In this document: one piece after another, positions 61,116-64,000 of the stretch
Layout of the letters: every line of letters starts with the position of its first letter
How positions within the stretch are numbered: the stretch's first letter is position 1
Assembly: GCF_035594765.1 (NCBI RefSeq)
Contig: NC_085846.1
Span: forward strand, 20,881,190-20,945,189
Source of the DNA: Anolis carolinensis
Taxonomy: Eukaryota
Length of the DNA: 64,000 nucleotides
Direction of reading: 5' to 3'
Notes under the pieces: model-generated
Database searches by the model: none
What the model saw: the letters and a program-made list of their open reading frames with translations, nothing else
Told to the model about the DNA's origin: nothing
Made by a program: the position numbers and the translations under genes

Positions 61116-62132
61116 TAACATAGCTTTGTCTTTGAATCGTACTCCAATATATCCCTTTATGATGAGAACTCCAAGATCTTCTGAAGCAGTCCTTCTCTCT
61201 GTCCCACCATCCTGTCAAAAACACTTGGTGGGAACAAGAAAGAAAGCCTCCCCAGTGCTTTCCCAAACTTAGCTGCCTCTAAATCCACTGAAAAGAAAAA
61301 TAAAGCTGACAATCACAAGCATACTCATTGCACTCAAACTCAAAACTCCAAATGATCTCTCTCAGCAGACTGATATAGATATTGAACAAGACTGAATGCC
61401 CATAACCAAAGCACATGGCCATGTTGCCAGAGTAGGTGGTGGTACAGACAGAAGGGTGTCTTAAATGAGCTCGTTATATTTTGGAATATCAGTCATTTTA
61501 ACCTGAGAAAACATCTCCCTATGATCATCTAGACCTCCAGCATCCACTAGAAGACCTAGGCATTCTTAGAGAGACTGTATTAATGAGATCTGCTCTGCAA
61601 ATAATCACATCTTCAAAAGTAGACCTGAAAATCTGAAGGAGGGAATGTACAAAGACTATATTCTGTTTTAAATACACTTTAAAAATCAGTTTGCATTTAC
61701 ATTATAGTTATATTTTGATAATTATACAAATAAAACTTGTCTCATTTTACACTGTAAATTGTTTATATTTTTATTATTTAAAGTTGCATACAACTATAAT
61801 AAGCAATTAAACTTTATTTATAACTTGTTTGCTTGCTTGAGAGCCAAAAAGAAGGGAGAGAAGTTGCTGTTCTGTGGGCAACAGTTTATTCATATATCAA
61901 TGTTAAAATACAGATATTACATATGATTCAAATAGGCAAATGAACAAGGCAATATCACATGAAAAATATATTTGCATGAATGTGTGTTTACTCCAATAAC
62001 TTTACAGCACTACAACTTGCTCACAAATCTCATTCATAATGCATAATTTCAGATATATGCATTGACGAGTAATGCATTTCTACAAATACATCACATGGTC
62101 TATTTCAGTCCTTGCCTTCAATGTACAGCATT

Positions 62133-62180
62133 TATAGAATCATAGAATAATAGAGTTGGAAGAGACCACATGGGCCATAT
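62133..62180 (-). mobile_element. CR1 3' tip in the V2R 3' UTR
   Basis: ATAGAATCATAGAATAATAGAGTTGGAAGAGACCACATGGGCCAT is almost identical to 12170-12216. Confidence 0.8.
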
Positions 62181-62221
62181 GTCCATGTATCATTATGAGA
62201 TTACATTGTATGTTCAGAAAG

Positions 62222-63126
62222 TTATTTTATTGACTTCCCTTTCTTAAACAAGTGGTCCTTTATGTTCATGTTTGGTTTCAGCAGAATAATGTACACTTTA
62301 GGAGCAAAAATAAAACTCAGTAATCCAACACCCGAGGCCAAAATAGAGAAGATTTCCACAGCTACCATGTACTTGCCTTTGGTACTCAAATAGGTTGGAA
62401 TAAAGGATATCCAGACACTACAAAACACTAGCATACTGAAGGTGATAAATTTGGCTTCATTGAATGTGTCAGGTAGTTTCCTTGTTAGATAGGCTAGGGT
62501 GAAACTAACACTGGCCAGAAAGCCCAGGTACCCTAGGACAATGTAGAACATAGTAGATGAGCCCTCATTACATTGAGCTACAATTTCTGCAGATTGTGAG
62601 ACTTTATCTGGGAAAGGAGGAGAGGTGCCTAGCCAGATGGCACAAATTCCAGCTTGGATAGCAGAACAAAAAAAGATAATGTAGTTGGATAATTTTTTGC
62701 CAACCCATTTAATTATTTTCCCCCCAGGATTTGTAGCTATGAATGCTATGACCACAGTTATTGTTTTGGCCAAAACACAAGAAAGTGCAAAAGTAAAGAT
62801 GTTGCCAAAAGCAACCTGTCTAAGAAGGCAAGTCACCGTGCTAGGTTGTCCAATGAATATCAAGGAGCAAAGGAAGCAGAGGAAAATTGAAATTAGCAGA
62901 CGATAAGTAAGGTCTCGATTTGTCGCTTTGACAATTGGTGTATTCCGGTGTCTAATAAATATACCAAATACTGAGGCTGTGAGTAGAGACAAGAAAACTG
63001 CAGCAGACACCAGACAGATCCCCAAAGGTCCATCATAAGTAAGAAAAGTGATGACTTTGGGAACACATCTGTTTCGTTTCTTGTTTGGACACTCCTCTTC
63101 TGGACATTTGTAACAATGATGTGCAT
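62222..63126 (-). CDS. Vomeronasal type 2 receptor (class C GPCR), final exon: end of the Cys-rich domain plus 7TM; upstream exons lie beyond the window
   Basis: Acceptor CTTCTACTTTTTCAG (AG at 63128-63127), phase 1. Open frame (D)[35 protein letters not shown]...TPIVKA.NR...LAKT...CNEGS...[22 protein letters not shown]...VEIFSILAS...PKVYIIL to stop. Confidence 0.93.
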
Positions 63127-63167
63127 CTGAAAAAGTAGAAGATCTTCCTGTGCAATAGTATCTGTAT

Positions 63168-63344
63168 CAGGTTTTCTCGAACTTTTTAACCCCGAGGAAG
63201 CCTTAAAATAATTTCCAGGCCTCAAAGAACCATTTCATAAAAATGATTCCATCTATAGTTTTAAAAAATACCATGATCACAATCTCTCATGAAACCCCTA
63301 AAGACCTGTCTCAGATCTCAGGGACCTGTGGTTGAGAAGCCCTG
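63168..63344. mobile_element. Old hAT-like MITE in the V2R intron
   Basis: CAGGTTTTCTCGAAC...GTTGAGAAGCCCTG termini; no TSD match. Confidence 0.5.
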
Positions 63345-64000
63345 CTTTATACATTGGCAAGACAAACAAGTAGACATATATATTTGTTTACTTAGATTTT
63401 AGAAACACTGAACTGAACAAAGAAATGCATCAAACACTTGGGAGACGAGGTTGTGTGGTTGATGAATTGCATTAAGCTTCACAACTAGTATTAAAATTAC
63501 AACTATACAACATTGTATTACACAAAAGTTTTGTGTCTAACATGATATTAACATAGAAGGAAATGAAGACTTAGGTCGCTATTCAAAAATGTATGTATGG
63601 TTATATATGCTGAATTAATTCATTTAAAAAACTATATCCTCCTCTCCATGCATTTTACTTTAGTACATTGACTGGAATCCTAGTAGTGCACTTCACCACC
63701 ATGACAGTTCACTATTATCCCAGTTGTCTAGCAGTCATGAAGACTCACTGTGGTCCTTATTGAATGCCAGTACCAAGCAACCTATTTGTCCAAAGCTGCT
63801 TATTTGTTCAGGAGGTTTATTGATTTAAAAGTGAAGGGGAAGGCTGTTTTTGACATTTGGGCTGTGGGACAAGCAATGATACTATGATGAAAAATTACAT
63901 TATCTGATCTATAATTGACAATAGTACACCAAGCTGGTTTTTAACAAATTTTAATCAAAATTTCATTCTAATATTTATTTTCAAAGTTCTATTTTATTTT

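Noticed and set aside
62893-63225. 110-aa ORF as the V2R N-terminal part or evidence of a frameshift
   Set aside because: Wrong frame; the true exon starts at 63126 in phase 1 and is continuous with 62222-63025.
63345-64000. Penultimate Cys-rich V2R exon
   Set aside because: No CSxxC...CC(F/Y)xC pattern found on the minus strand; it presumably lies beyond the window.

Overview
Vertebrate genomic DNA, AT-rich and rich in transposons. The repeat set (Sauria SINE, CR1 with (ATTCTATG)n tails, L2 with (TTA)n tails, Penelope remnants, a Helitron, and hAT, Harbinger-like and pogo-like MITEs) points to a squamate, probably an Anolis lizard. The window is a chemosensory gene cluster. It holds five intact single-exon olfactory receptor (OR) genes (17141+, 32756-, 43999+, 47968-, 56644+) and one OR pseudogene with several lesions (27257-28266). 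A further OR6B1-like gene has an otherwise intact ORF split by a young 5'-truncated L2 LINE with an 8-bp target-site duplication (7219-10172); the 592-aa ORF in the supplied track is an artefact of this junction. The cluster is flanked on the left by the last exons of a fibronectin type II domain gene and on the right by the last (7TM) exon of a vomeronasal type 2 receptor. Many insertions keep resolvable TSDs and several are nested. No prokaryotic-type systems such as CRISPR are present. Family and orthology names come from motif recognition and recalled sequences, not from database searches.
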